From: a candidate division WWE3 bacterium
GTDB lineage: Bacteria; Patescibacteriota; WWE3; UBA101185; UBA10185
NCBI GenBank assembly: GCA_003599255.1
Contig: QZJF01000017.1
Location: 35,940-99,939 of the forward strand
Length of the DNA: 64,000 bases
Direction: 5' to 3'
The notes beneath the pieces are model-generated. The model did no database searches, was not told the DNA's origin, and was given only the letters and a program-made list of their open reading frames with translations. Of the stretch, positions 18,245 through 27,168 are shown piece after piece (within the stretch, counting starts at the first letter, position 1; every line of letters starts with the position of its first letter). Position numbers and translations under genes: made by a program.

Positions 18245-19597
18245 TTATCTGCCTTTCTTCTCGTTCATTATGGAGCTGTATATAAGGTCTGGTACCTTGA
18301 AAGCGTAGCCGTACCCGAATATGAATATGAAAAGAATTCCGAAGACAGCGTAGAGATAACCGGAAAAGCCTTGGAAATACCCATCCGGAGTCAATCCGTT
18401 CCTAATAATGATTATACCGAACATGTGAATAAGTTGTATTGTGGCGCTTATCGCTACTATCCCAAGACCCCAAGCTATCATCTGCTTAAACCAGTTGATC
18501 ATTTGACTGTCGTTCCCGGGTATCGCCGAGAGAGCAAACTTAAGCGGAGCGGTAACAATCGAGGTTATCATTTTCATATAAATCATTAATGCTTTAAATA
18601 GCGCAAAAAGGTACATGCCAAAAAGTATAACCATTGCTATAGCAACTATTATACCTACGGCCAGCCCACTACCTCCGGAGGCGATTATAAAACCTATTAT
18701 GACCATAGCAATAGCCCCGATACCGCCTTGAAGTGACGCTGTGTAATCCGTTCCTCCGCCCGTCGAGGCAGCAAGTGAGGCAATAATGCTTTGGGCGCTG
18801 TAGTAGAGAGACCATGCCAGACTGGTCATAAACGCACCAATGGGATAGCTAAAAGCTATAAGAACAAGCGCAACCACTATTTTGGGAAGAGCATATTGAA
18901 CGTTAACAACAACCTGTTGATTGATTCTCCTTCTGGTTATGATTGTAATGCCCACATACAGCATAATTAACGCCATTAAAGCGTAAGCGATATTTCGTGT
19001 AATTTTCCAGATATCAAGAATTGCGTTTATAAAAGTGTGCTGATAATCCACCGAATCGGCTGCAAAAGCCTGTTCACCCACAATCGGGATTTTTTTACCG
19101 TAATCCAGGAAAAAAAATGCGGTACTTACAGGAAGAGGCTCATACTTCAGATTATTGTCCAGGTAATAGGCTAAACCAAGTATGCTCCCGGAGACTTTGC
19201 TGCTTGCAAAACGTTGACGATCAAACTGTCCGTTATAAACAAACTGGTTGACTATGTTCCTACAAGTGTCTTCATCAGTAGCACTGCATCCCCAGGCCTG
19301 CATTTCTGATTGAACTTCAGGGAAATATTGGGAAACATAATCCGTGCAATTCATAAACTCGGCCATTTCAGTACCGGTTGTTGTTGTCCAAGTAAAATCG
19401 ACGACAGAGCTTGTCAAATGGTTGACCGCAGTTTCTCTGATATTTCTGTCATAAGAACTCTGAATTTTTCCAAACCATCCCTCAGGGGGATCGCACACAT
19501 TTTGGGCACTAGCACCAGGCGACAATAACATAGCAACAAATAAGAAAGGTAATATATAAAGAGTCTTTAAGGTTAAAGTGTTTTTATCTCCCAGCAT
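18245..19597 (-). CDS. Polytopic membrane protein, VirB6/TrbL-like (CPR type)
   Basis: Signal peptide and soluble domain, then IWKITRNIAY...LPKIVVALVLIAFSYPI...IVTAPL.F...IPG...WFK and further TM helices. Confidence 0.6.
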   Translation of the reverse strand: MLGDKNTLTLKTLYILPFLFVAMLLSPGASAQNVCDPPEGWFGKIQSSYDRNIRETAVNHLTSSVVDFTWTTTTGTEMAEFMNCTDYVSQYFPEVQSEMQAWGCSATDEDTCRNIVNQFVYNGQFDRQRFASSKVSGSILGLAYYLDNNLKYEPLPVSTAFFFLDYGKKIPIVGEQAFAADSVDYQHTFINAILDIWKITRNIAYALMALIMLYVGITIITRRRINQQVVVNVQYALPKIVVALVLIAFSYPIGAFMTSLAWSLYYSAQSIIASLAASTGGGTDYTASLQGGIGAIAMVIIGFIIASGGSGLAVGIIVAIAMVILFGMYLFALFKALMIYMKMITSIVTAPLKFALSAIPGNDSQMINWFKQMIAWGLGIVAISATIQLIHMFGIIIIRNGLTPDGYFQGFSGYLYAVFGILFIFIFGYGYAFKVPDLIYSSIMNEKKGR

Positions 19598-19695
19598 TTT
19601 TAATATTAAAGAAGTACAAGTAAAGTATAGCTAGTACAGAATCATTTAGCAATGATTCTTCCGAACAAGCTGAATCTATTATAGAATAGAAGCAT

Positions 19696-22600
19696 ATGGC
19701 AGACAATCCTTTTTATCCCGGATATAAACCGGAGCCCTGGGAACAAAAACCCTCGGAATTCTATCCCGGTTATTTCCCGGGAGCACCTCAACCCAGAAAG
19801 GGATACATTCCCCCTAATATAGGTCCGCTTCCTTATAACTTTGATAGTGTTCTAAAAGAGATCGATATGATTCAGGGGAATGTCGATCTTATGACCTCTG
19901 ATCTTCCTAAATGGGTGTATGAACGCGCCGTCGACGACTTCAAAAGATCCCTGCAGGTTACTATGAAAACCGCAGATATTAAGCCCGAAGAGCTGGATGA
20001 CTTCGATGCTGAATCAATACCGGGTGCATTTAATATAGGGGTGAGTTTGAATCCCATGGATTGGTGGAAAGATCCGGCGGGACAGGCTCAAAAAACGGTT
20101 AAAAACTGGGCAAAGGAAGCCTTTTCATGGAAAGACATAGACACTCGATTCAGAAGGGACCTATGGAGCCAAATATTGGACGAAAAACCAAACTATACCT
20201 TTATAGGTTCAAAAGAAGCGGCAGATGCACTGATGGAAAGGGTTGGTAGACGTCCCGCGGGCGCAGGTACGCCGTCAATCTCCGCACCGGGGGAAAATCC
20301 ACTGGCACTCAGAGGACTTGGTGTCATGGCTTACGATCCGGATACAAGTGGAAGGTCACAGAGGCAATATTTTGACTTCGCTATTGAAAGAGATACCGCA
20401 GGTCACGTTAAAAGGGAAAATAGAATTTTTGTAGACCCCTCCGGTGCTGCTGTGGTGAGAAGAGTACCGAAAAAGTCGGCGACAGATGTTGACGTTTACC
20501 GTCAAAGCGGGAGATATGACGCTTACGGCAAGCTGGCAAGTTCGGTAATCGAGTTTGAAACAAAATCAGGGTATGCAGCAAGTCGTCAAAATGCATACAC
20601 CGATGTACTTAGAGACACAGTACATGCTATTGACGCGGATCTTGGGCAAGCAAAGTACCGTAATGTTATTAATGCCGACGTTGACAGAAAGAGAGCATAC
20701 GATATCTTCAGATCCCAGGCCGACACTCTAGCAGACATGGAAGTATTACAAAAAAGGTTTGGAAAAGCGGTCTCCGATATAAAGGAGGGAACACTTCTTA
20801 ATTCAGACCGCACAGACTGGGACCGCTGGGATTCTATAAATGAGCAGCTTGATAAATCTCTTGCAAATATTGAAACAAGCTACGGAGTGGGGGGAAAGAT
20901 TGACCTTGTGGACAGAAAAGAAGCGGAGAAGATGCGCCATTTTATAGATCCTTATAAGCAGCATCTTGAACAAATGCGTGATCAGGAGCTGTTGCAAATT
21001 GCAAGGGAGAGAAAACGCCTTTTAACGGAAAAGGAACGCTCCCTTCCGGCACAGCTGCGTGCCGGTACCATAACGCAGGATCAGTTTGACACCCAGATCA
21101 AATCAGTCAATGACAGACTTAACGATATTCACCGCACCGCCTCACAAGGAAAAAGGACTCACGCCAGAAACCTTACCAGCTTGGGAAGAGGCCCTTTTAA
21201 CGGCAGAGGGTATCTTTATAACAACTCTTATATAGAGGTTTACGAGCGCAGACTCCTAGAAGAAGTCGTAACAGTTGACTTCTTACGCCCCAGAGCAAGA
21301 GGTAAAAACAAAAGGATTGGAGATGTAATAGCGGAAGTACCCGGAACGCACGCCTCAAGAGCTATTGGGGTTTTGAACAGAATTGAATATGAAAATCAGG
21401 TAATGGCCATAGATGAGGTGTTTGATGCGTTGACCGAAGGAAAATTCCTAGAGAGATATGTCTGGAACAAGGTTAAAACCTATATTGAGCCCCTCACCCC
21501 GGCATATTGGACAAACAAGGCTTTGGATGGTGTGCATTACTTTGGGTTGAAATTAGGTAAGGACGTTGACTTTGAAAAAACATGGCTTGGCAATATTGCC
21601 GGCACCGGTCGTGCGGCAGGGTCTTATGCCGCTCTGTCTAAAAACCAGTTACAACTTTCCAGAGACATAATCGCAACCCAAAGTGAGTTGAAAAAAGCAG
21701 GGCTTTCGGCCGCAAATAGAGCCAAGTTGAATAGCGATTTAGCGACATTACAGACAAACCTGACATCCGTTCGGGGAAGAATAGACGCACTAAGCGAAAA
21801 AGGTCCCGGTAAATTCTGGGGTAACTGGTTCAACATGGAATTTGACGGAGGTCACCCAAATAGACGGGGACAAGTGGATGCATTTGTATCAAACGTACGA
21901 ATCAGTGGGAGATTTTACGGAGGCGCTCATTTCGCAAGTATAGGGGGTCTGGCTCAGTTAAGAGGCATGGTTCACTCAGGGGAATGGACTCCTGAAGCTC
22001 TAGCTTATTTTATAAAAAATGTAGATCACACAGGTTTGGCGAATCCGGCGTTTTTACAGCGTTTAATGGCTCTCAATGGAAATCGGGCTATCGTTCTTCC
22101 GCCCGGAATCAATGCTGAGGAATTTGCGAATCAAGTTATCAACCTCAGGCAATGGGTTCTAAAAAACAGAAAGAATTTCAGTTCCAACGTAAACATGGAT
22201 TCGGATGCCTTCTGGCTCGGTTTTGTGGATATGGTAGCCCACAAGATGAAGGACCCGGATTTCAAATTAATTGGAATCACCAAGAGATATGCAGGATTGT
22301 TTGAAAAACTGTGGAATAAACTGAACGAATTCCAAACAATGCTTTTCACCAAGTTCGGTAAAGTGTTGGCACCTCTTTCTTATATTAAGACGTTTATTGC
22401 CGAAAAAATAGCCGATATGATACCCAAACTGCTATCACTAATAGCTGGCGGTGCCTCCGGAGGAACTCTCGCTATTGTTACAGAAACCTTGGGGCGTGTG
22501 CTTAGACCCATCATACGTTTTGTCGTAAGAAAAACTCTGGATTTCGCACAAAACTTCGTTGGCGGGCTGATACGAGGAGATTTCTTTAAGGCTTTTGCTG

Positions 22601-23382
22601 AACTGGAAAAACAAGTTCAAGCGTTTATGAGAGCCATGTTGATGGTTTCCGCGGTACCTATGCTCATCATTCTTGTACTTACAACAGCTTTTTTTGGATC
22701 ATCGTCTACAACCATTTCCCCGGTAGATCCTACTAGAAGTCCTGGAACAATAGACGCTTTTGAGACATGGACAGCGGGCGGAGGTGGGAGCATGATAGAA
22801 ATCTTGAATCCAACATCAAGGCCATCTACCACCAGCTGTTTCGAATTTGTAGATGCTCCGGGATCCACAATTGGTCAACACCCTATCGGTACTTGGCCTA
22901 CCTACGAAGTCGATGCCCTCAATGCTGCAATTGTCGAGCTTCAAGCAGTTTCAGGTGGTTATCTGGACAGATTGTGTGCAGCCGGGACCATTGAACTTTA
23001 TTGGGCTCCGTGGGATCCCGGTTGGTGCGGACACGTGTTTGGGAGCATAATAGTATTTACGGACACTTGTTCTTATAGCAGAGCGTATTACAATGCGTAT
23101 CTGTTCGCACACGAAACAGGACACGTTTACAATAACAGAGTCGGATGGGATTCTGTTCCGGGATTAATTCAGTTTGCGGAAGTTGACGACCGCGACGGCG
23201 GAACACTGCCTACCTACCCTGGCGACTGTAGTACCAGTAACACTTCCGGAGAAGATTTTGCAGAAACAATAGGAAATTGGGTCAGAATTAATACTTTTGA
23301 TTGCGCGGGAATAGACGCCACACTTTGGGGACAATTCCCGGCACACTTTGAATTTGCAGACGAAGTATTAACCAGACCTTAG
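19696..23382 (+). CDS. Large membrane protein with C-terminal zincin (HExxH) metallopeptidase-like domain
   Basis: About 950-aa N-terminal region with coiled coils, hydrophobic segment near aa 980-1003, then FAHETGHVY...EDFAETI. Confidence 0.7.
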   Translation: MADNPFYPGYKPEPWEQKPSEFYPGYFPGAPQPRKGYIPPNIGPLPYNFDSVLKEIDMIQGNVDLMTSDLPKWVYERAVDDFKRSLQVTMKTADIKPEELDDFDAESIPGAFNIGVSLNPMDWWKDPAGQAQKTVKNWAKEAFSWKDIDTRFRRDLWSQILDEKPNYTFIGSKEAADALMERVGRRPAGAGTPSISAPGENPLALRGLGVMAYDPDTSGRSQRQYFDFAIERDTAGHVKRENRIFVDPSGAAVVRRVPKKSATDVDVYRQSGRYDAYGKLASSVIEFETKSGYAASRQNAYTDVLRDTVHAIDADLGQAKYRNVINADVDRKRAYDIFRSQADTLADMEVLQKRFGKAVSDIKEGTLLNSDRTDWDRWDSINEQLDKSLANIETSYGVGGKIDLVDRKEAEKMRHFIDPYKQHLEQMRDQELLQIARERKRLLTEKERSLPAQLRAGTITQDQFDTQIKSVNDRLNDIHRTASQGKRTHARNLTSLGRGPFNGRGYLYNNSYIEVYERRLLEEVVTVDFLRPRARGKNKRIGDVIAEVPGTHASRAIGVLNRIEYENQVMAIDEVFDALTEGKFLERYVWNKVKTYIEPLTPAYWTNKALDGVHYFGLKLGKDVDFEKTWLGNIAGTGRAAGSYAALSKNQLQLSRDIIATQSELKKAGLSAANRAKLNSDLATLQTNLTSVRGRIDALSEKGPGKFWGNWFNMEFDGGHPNRRGQVDAFVSNVRISGRFYGGAHFASIGGLAQLRGMVHSGEWTPEALAYFIKNVDHTGLANPAFLQRLMALNGNRAIVLPPGINAEEFANQVINLRQWVLKNRKNFSSNVNMDSDAFWLGFVDMVAHKMKDPDFKLIGITKRYAGLFEKLWNKLNEFQTMLFTKFGKVLAPLSYIKTFIAEKIADMIPKLLSLIAGGASGGTLAIVTETLGRVLRPIIRFVVRKTLDFAQNFVGGLIRGDFFKAFAELEKQVQAFMRAMLMVSAVPMLIILVLTTAFFGSSSTTISPVDPTRSPGTIDAFETWTAGGGGSMIEILNPTSRPSTTSCFEFVDAPGSTIGQHPIGTWPTYEVDALNAAIVELQAVSGGYLDRLCAAGTIELYWAPWDPGWCGHVFGSIIVFTDTCSYSRAYYNAYLFAHETGHVYNNRVGWDSVPGLIQFAEVDDRDGGTLPTYPGDCSTSNTSGEDFAETIGNWVRINTFDCAGIDATLWGQFPAHFEFADEVLTRP

Positions 23383-23396
23383 TATATAATTAAAAT

Positions 23397-24038
23397 ATGA
23401 ACATAAGCAGGTTTATAAGTTTCAACGACGCCAAGACAAGAAAAAGAGCCGTGGGTGTGATATTTATGGCAATAGTACTGTTATTGATAATTTTGGTCTC
23501 AGATCCCCAACCTCAACAACCTACAACCGATACAGACGTTCCCGGCGAAAGTCCTGCTGTTGTTCAGGACTACGAGAGCCCAAATGCGTGGAACGGTATA
23601 AAACCTGGTACTCATAAAATCACCGATGTGGCGAATTTCTTTGGAACTGAAATACGCGACGATTATCAAGGGGATGGCAAGACAAAATATTTATATGATT
23701 ACTACGGTAAGGGAGGCCATCCGATGGAAGTCATAACCGATTATGTGGGAACTATTGAATACATGCGTGTTCCGTTAAATGAAACTAAAGTAGGTAGTCT
23801 GGACACGTACAGAGAAAGTCTCAAGCTCGGCGTAGCGGACATGGAATTGTATAAAATTGGTGAGCCTGAAGGCATCAAAGTATATGTTTTTCTTGAGGAG
23901 GGCGTAGCATTCGAAGCAAATCAGTATGTAAGGGAAACATACGCCATCAGATTTTTTGTCCCTACTGATAAAGATACATTTTTAAGATTATACGGCAGAG
24001 ATTTATCCGAAAATATTGAGGACGCTTCAAAATTTTAG
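23397..24038 (+). CDS. Membrane-anchored hypothetical protein
   Basis: N-terminal TM helix, WNGIKPG motif; TATAAT 6 nt before the ATG. Confidence 0.75.
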   Translation: MNISRFISFNDAKTRKRAVGVIFMAIVLLLIILVSDPQPQQPTTDTDVPGESPAVVQDYESPNAWNGIKPGTHKITDVANFFGTEIRDDYQGDGKTKYLYDYYGKGGHPMEVITDYVGTIEYMRVPLNETKVGSLDTYRESLKLGVADMELYKIGEPEGIKVYVFLEEGVAFEANQYVRETYAIRFFVPTDKDTFLRLYGRDLSENIEDASKF

Positions 24039-24502
24039 TTTTGATAGTTGGTAATTTCCGCAGCATCGAGGAAATTAATGAGACCAAGTTCTATTCTGTC
24101 CAAAAGGAAATTAGGTGAAAGTATTGAACCAAAACCCACAAGATTGGCGATTATCATAAAAAGGGCAAAAAATCCTGCAACAACTAAAGCTCCTATCAAT
24201 GCATATGTCCATGTCTTTTGAGCACCCTGAAAACCCTTGGGATCCCCAAGAGCCATCGATAACTTTATAGCACTGTACGCGACTACAAAGATAAATACTA
24301 AACCTACCAAAAGAACCGCAACGTTTAGAAGTCGGGCAATCATGCAGACTATTGCTAAAGGACTTGGAGCTTCTCCGGCCGCTACCTGTGAGTCAAAATT
24401 GGCACAATTGTATGTGAGTGCATACGCCGGAGCTGATCCAAAAGTCAGGACCAGAACAAAAAATAATATTGAAAATAGCCTATTAAAATCCCGGATCTTC
24501 AT
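24035..24502 (-). CDS. VirB2/TrbC-type pilin
   Basis: Signal peptide (AYA), TM-ALGDPKGFQGAQKTWTYALIG-TM pilin core. Confidence 0.8.
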   Translation of the reverse strand: MKIRDFNRLFSILFFVLVLTFGSAPAYALTYNCANFDSQVAAGEAPSPLAIVCMIARLLNVAVLLVGLVFIFVVAYSAIKLSMALGDPKGFQGAQKTWTYALIGALVVAGFFALFMIIANLVGFGSILSPNFLLDRIELGLINFLDAAEITNYQN

Positions 24503-24815
24503 TTATTAATCCATTGGCGTTGGCGCCAAAACTTCTAAACACAATAGTCTTAATGGCAACTGCCATTAAAGAAAGCATAATACCAAGAATACTCCAGAAG
24601 GCTGCGTCGCGAGCCTTTTCTATAGCCTTGGGATCGCCCTTGGTCATAAGAAACTGAATAAATGCCCATGCCAAGCCTATTGTTGAAACACTAAAGCCCA
24701 ATCCAATAAAAATATTCACAATGAGAGAAGCTATAGAATAGATGTCCGTAAATTGCGTTGCCCTTTCTCCCGGAGGAGCAGCACTTGTGAGGGCATTTTC
24801 TAGTTCATTAAACAT
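24483..24815 (-). CDS. VirB2/TrbC-type pilin
   Basis: TM-TKGDPKAIEKARDAAFWSILG-TM. Start set at ATG 24815 after an AAGGA SD. Confidence 0.8.
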   Translation of the reverse strand: MFNELENALTSAAPPGERATQFTDIYSIASLIVNIFIGLGFSVSTIGLAWAFIQFLMTKGDPKAIEKARDAAFWSILGIMLSLMAVAIKTIVFRSFGANANGLINEDPGF

Positions 24816-24834
24816 ACTTTCCTTTATGTATTCC

Positions 24835-24860
24835 AAAGGGCCTGAGCATGCCCAGGCCCC
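24835..24860 (-). terminator. GC-rich hairpin between pilin genes
   Basis: GGGCCTG-GGCATGCT-CAGGCCC followed by only TTT on the minus strand; a weak terminator or mRNA stabiliser. Confidence 0.5.
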
Positions 24861-24901
24861 GTGTTAAATAGTCTAAAACTATTATGCACACAATGGTGAC
24901 G

Positions 24902-25234
24902 TTAGATGGTAACGTTAGTACCAACGTTAACGTTGTTACCACCGGTGAACTGAGTTATAACAGCTCTCAGTACGAATACCAAGAACAGACCAACTCCTCC
25001 GACGACTGCGTAAGTAACCCATTTCTGGGCCTTTTCAACACCCGCCTTATCACCCTGCGACATAATATACTGAATGAAACCGAGGGCAAGCATTATAAGT
25101 ACTAAGGCGAAACCCACACCAAGGACTAAGTTTAATATGAAGGCCAACAACTCCGCCAGCGAGCCTATTCTTCCTCCTAAAGGATCGCTTACAGAAGTAT
25201 CAACCTGTGCGTATACTCTTTGTAATAATTGCAT
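24902..25234 (-). CDS. VirB2/TrbC-type pilin (candidate major pilin)
   Basis: RVYAQ leader, TM-MSQGDKAGVEKAQKWVTYAVVG-TM; upstream GGAGGTGA and a downstream hairpin. Confidence 0.82.
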   Translation of the reverse strand: MQLLQRVYAQVDTSVSDPLGGRIGSLAELLAFILNLVLGVGFALVLIMLALGFIQYIMSQGDKAGVEKAQKWVTYAVVGGVGLFLVFVLRAVITQFTGGNNVNVGTNVTI

Positions 25235-25268
25235 ATGTTTAAGTTTTTATCTATTCACCTCCCTTACA

Positions 25269-27080
25269 TTAAAACCCAACTGATACACCTAGTATCGACC
25301 TAATTATAACCCGTAAAATCGCTACAGACAACAGAATGAAGAATGTACCGATGATTGCGGCTGTCAGCTCTTCCTGACCGTCTTTGACTTTTTGCGGGTT
25401 TCCTTCGCTGGTCATTAGGGTATAGCCTGCTTTCACTATAAAGGCTATGCCTATGAACAACGCGATCGGAAATAGAAGGGTATATAGCCGCGAGATTAAA
25501 TCATGGAATTCGATAATAGGACCTGTGTAGGCAGCGACGATTACTGTAGGATTGCAAGCACCTGTAGGATCTGGAACACAATAGCCGGATTGGCAGACAT
25601 ATCCTGATGTACCCGAGCAACACCCGGTTCCAGTGCACTGCGTTCCTGTTGTGTTGATAATACACTCTCTAGGAAGAGTAGTTGAGCAGGTCCAGTTCGG
25701 GTGCGTGGTGGGACAACAGTCTGCGGGACCTGAACAGGGGTCGCCCAGACTGGCAGTACAAGTGGCAGTCTCACAAATATACTCCGGTCCATAGTATACG
25801 CAGCTATAATCCGCACCAGTGTCACAACACGGGTCCCCTGTAGGCGTACAAAGGTTACCCGGTGCTTCACACGCACCTGTGGGCTGACAAGTAGGTGGCG
25901 CAAGAGTTGAGTCGCACGTATAAACAACCCCGCTCACATCACAACACTCCGCATCGGGATCCGGATTGGAAGAATCACAAACAGGATCGCTGGGCAGACT
26001 GCATAATGAATTGGGATCAAGGCAATTAAAGGTACCGTCATTTTCAGGATCCAAGCACTGGTCGGTTGTAATTTCGCATACACAGGAGCCGTCTACCCCG
26101 GAGCACGCGCCACCAGTAGGCACTCCTAGGCAACGCTTAATGCCGGAAGCATCAAAGTCACACACCCCACTACCACATTGACTATTCAGCCAGCATAACT
26201 CACCGTTGGAAGCTAACCCGCCACACTGATTGATCGGGGGGGCATCCATACATCCAGCTGTAGTGGTGCCTGTCAGCAAATTCTGGGCTGTCTCGTACAT
26301 ACCATCAATACACTGAATGGCACTCGTAGTATCGTTACAGCAGAGAACGCCCAGCGAGTCACTGCAAAGCGTTGGAGGGTCGCTGACGGGACTTGGCGTA
26401 CTGCCTCCGGCACACTGCCCACACTCCCCGGTCGTGGCACTGTTAGTATAAATACACTCTTGTGACGGACTAGCTCCTGTAACCTGTTCGCAACAGGCCA
26501 TGGTACCGGGAGGATCGCTAGCAGGTGGCGGAGTGTTGTCACAGGCCCCGCCAGGTCCGGTACAGCAGGCACCATCCGGATTATAGGCACACCAAAGCTC
26601 GTAACAAGTTGGGGCAAAGCCATTATTTCTGCCCATCATTCTGAATCCTGCCGGACATAAATTATAATTCGGGCCCGCAGGGGGAACATCGCTTGCGTCT
26701 CCGTTCGAACAACTCGGTGCCAAAACTGTATCATCTACATCCCAATAGTTTGCTTCATGTAACCATCCCCACCCCGTCCAAGTAGCATCGGTGTGACACT
26801 CGTTACCAAACAAATTGGCAGGATCCGCACAAAAAGCCTTGTCTATCGCGTTATATCTTAAAAGTGCATCCGCATCAAAAGTGTAAGGACAGCAAGAAAA
26901 ATTTGAGGAAGCAGGACAACCAGCTGCCGCCCCTGTCTGTGAGGAACACTTTATCGCTTCGGGCTGACCTAAAAGTACCGAACACGAAACCGTTCCCGAC
27001 TGTGCATAAGACACATTAGAAAACAAAAGAATGGCAAAAGAAAATAAAAATATTAGCTTGAATGTTCGTACAAATTTCAT
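25269..27080 (-). CDS. Cys-rich exported protein with C-terminal VirB2-type pilin domain
   Basis: Signal peptide (SYA-Q), about 490 aa dense in Cys/Gly/Pro/Thr, then TM-TSEGNPQKVKDGQEELTAAIIG-TM. Confidence 0.8.
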   Translation of the reverse strand: MKFVRTFKLIFLFSFAILLFSNVSYAQSGTVSCSVLLGQPEAIKCSSQTGAAAGCPASSNFSCCPYTFDADALLRYNAIDKAFCADPANLFGNECHTDATWTGWGWLHEANYWDVDDTVLAPSCSNGDASDVPPAGPNYNLCPAGFRMMGRNNGFAPTCYELWCAYNPDGACCTGPGGACDNTPPPASDPPGTMACCEQVTGASPSQECIYTNSATTGECGQCAGGSTPSPVSDPPTLCSDSLGVLCCNDTTSAIQCIDGMYETAQNLLTGTTTAGCMDAPPINQCGGLASNGELCWLNSQCGSGVCDFDASGIKRCLGVPTGGACSGVDGSCVCEITTDQCLDPENDGTFNCLDPNSLCSLPSDPVCDSSNPDPDAECCDVSGVVYTCDSTLAPPTCQPTGACEAPGNLCTPTGDPCCDTGADYSCVYYGPEYICETATCTASLGDPCSGPADCCPTTHPNWTCSTTLPRECIINTTGTQCTGTGCCSGTSGYVCQSGYCVPDPTGACNPTVIVAAYTGPIIEFHDLISRLYTLLFPIALFIGIAFIVKAGYTLMTSEGNPQKVKDGQEELTAAIIGTFFILLSVAILRVIIRSILGVSVGF

Positions 27081-27168
27081 CTACTATCAAATTATCGGGG
27101 TTAGACACACAACAGTCAAGTAAATCGGGTCTTCAGTCGGGACAATGTTTTGATATAATCAGTATTGC

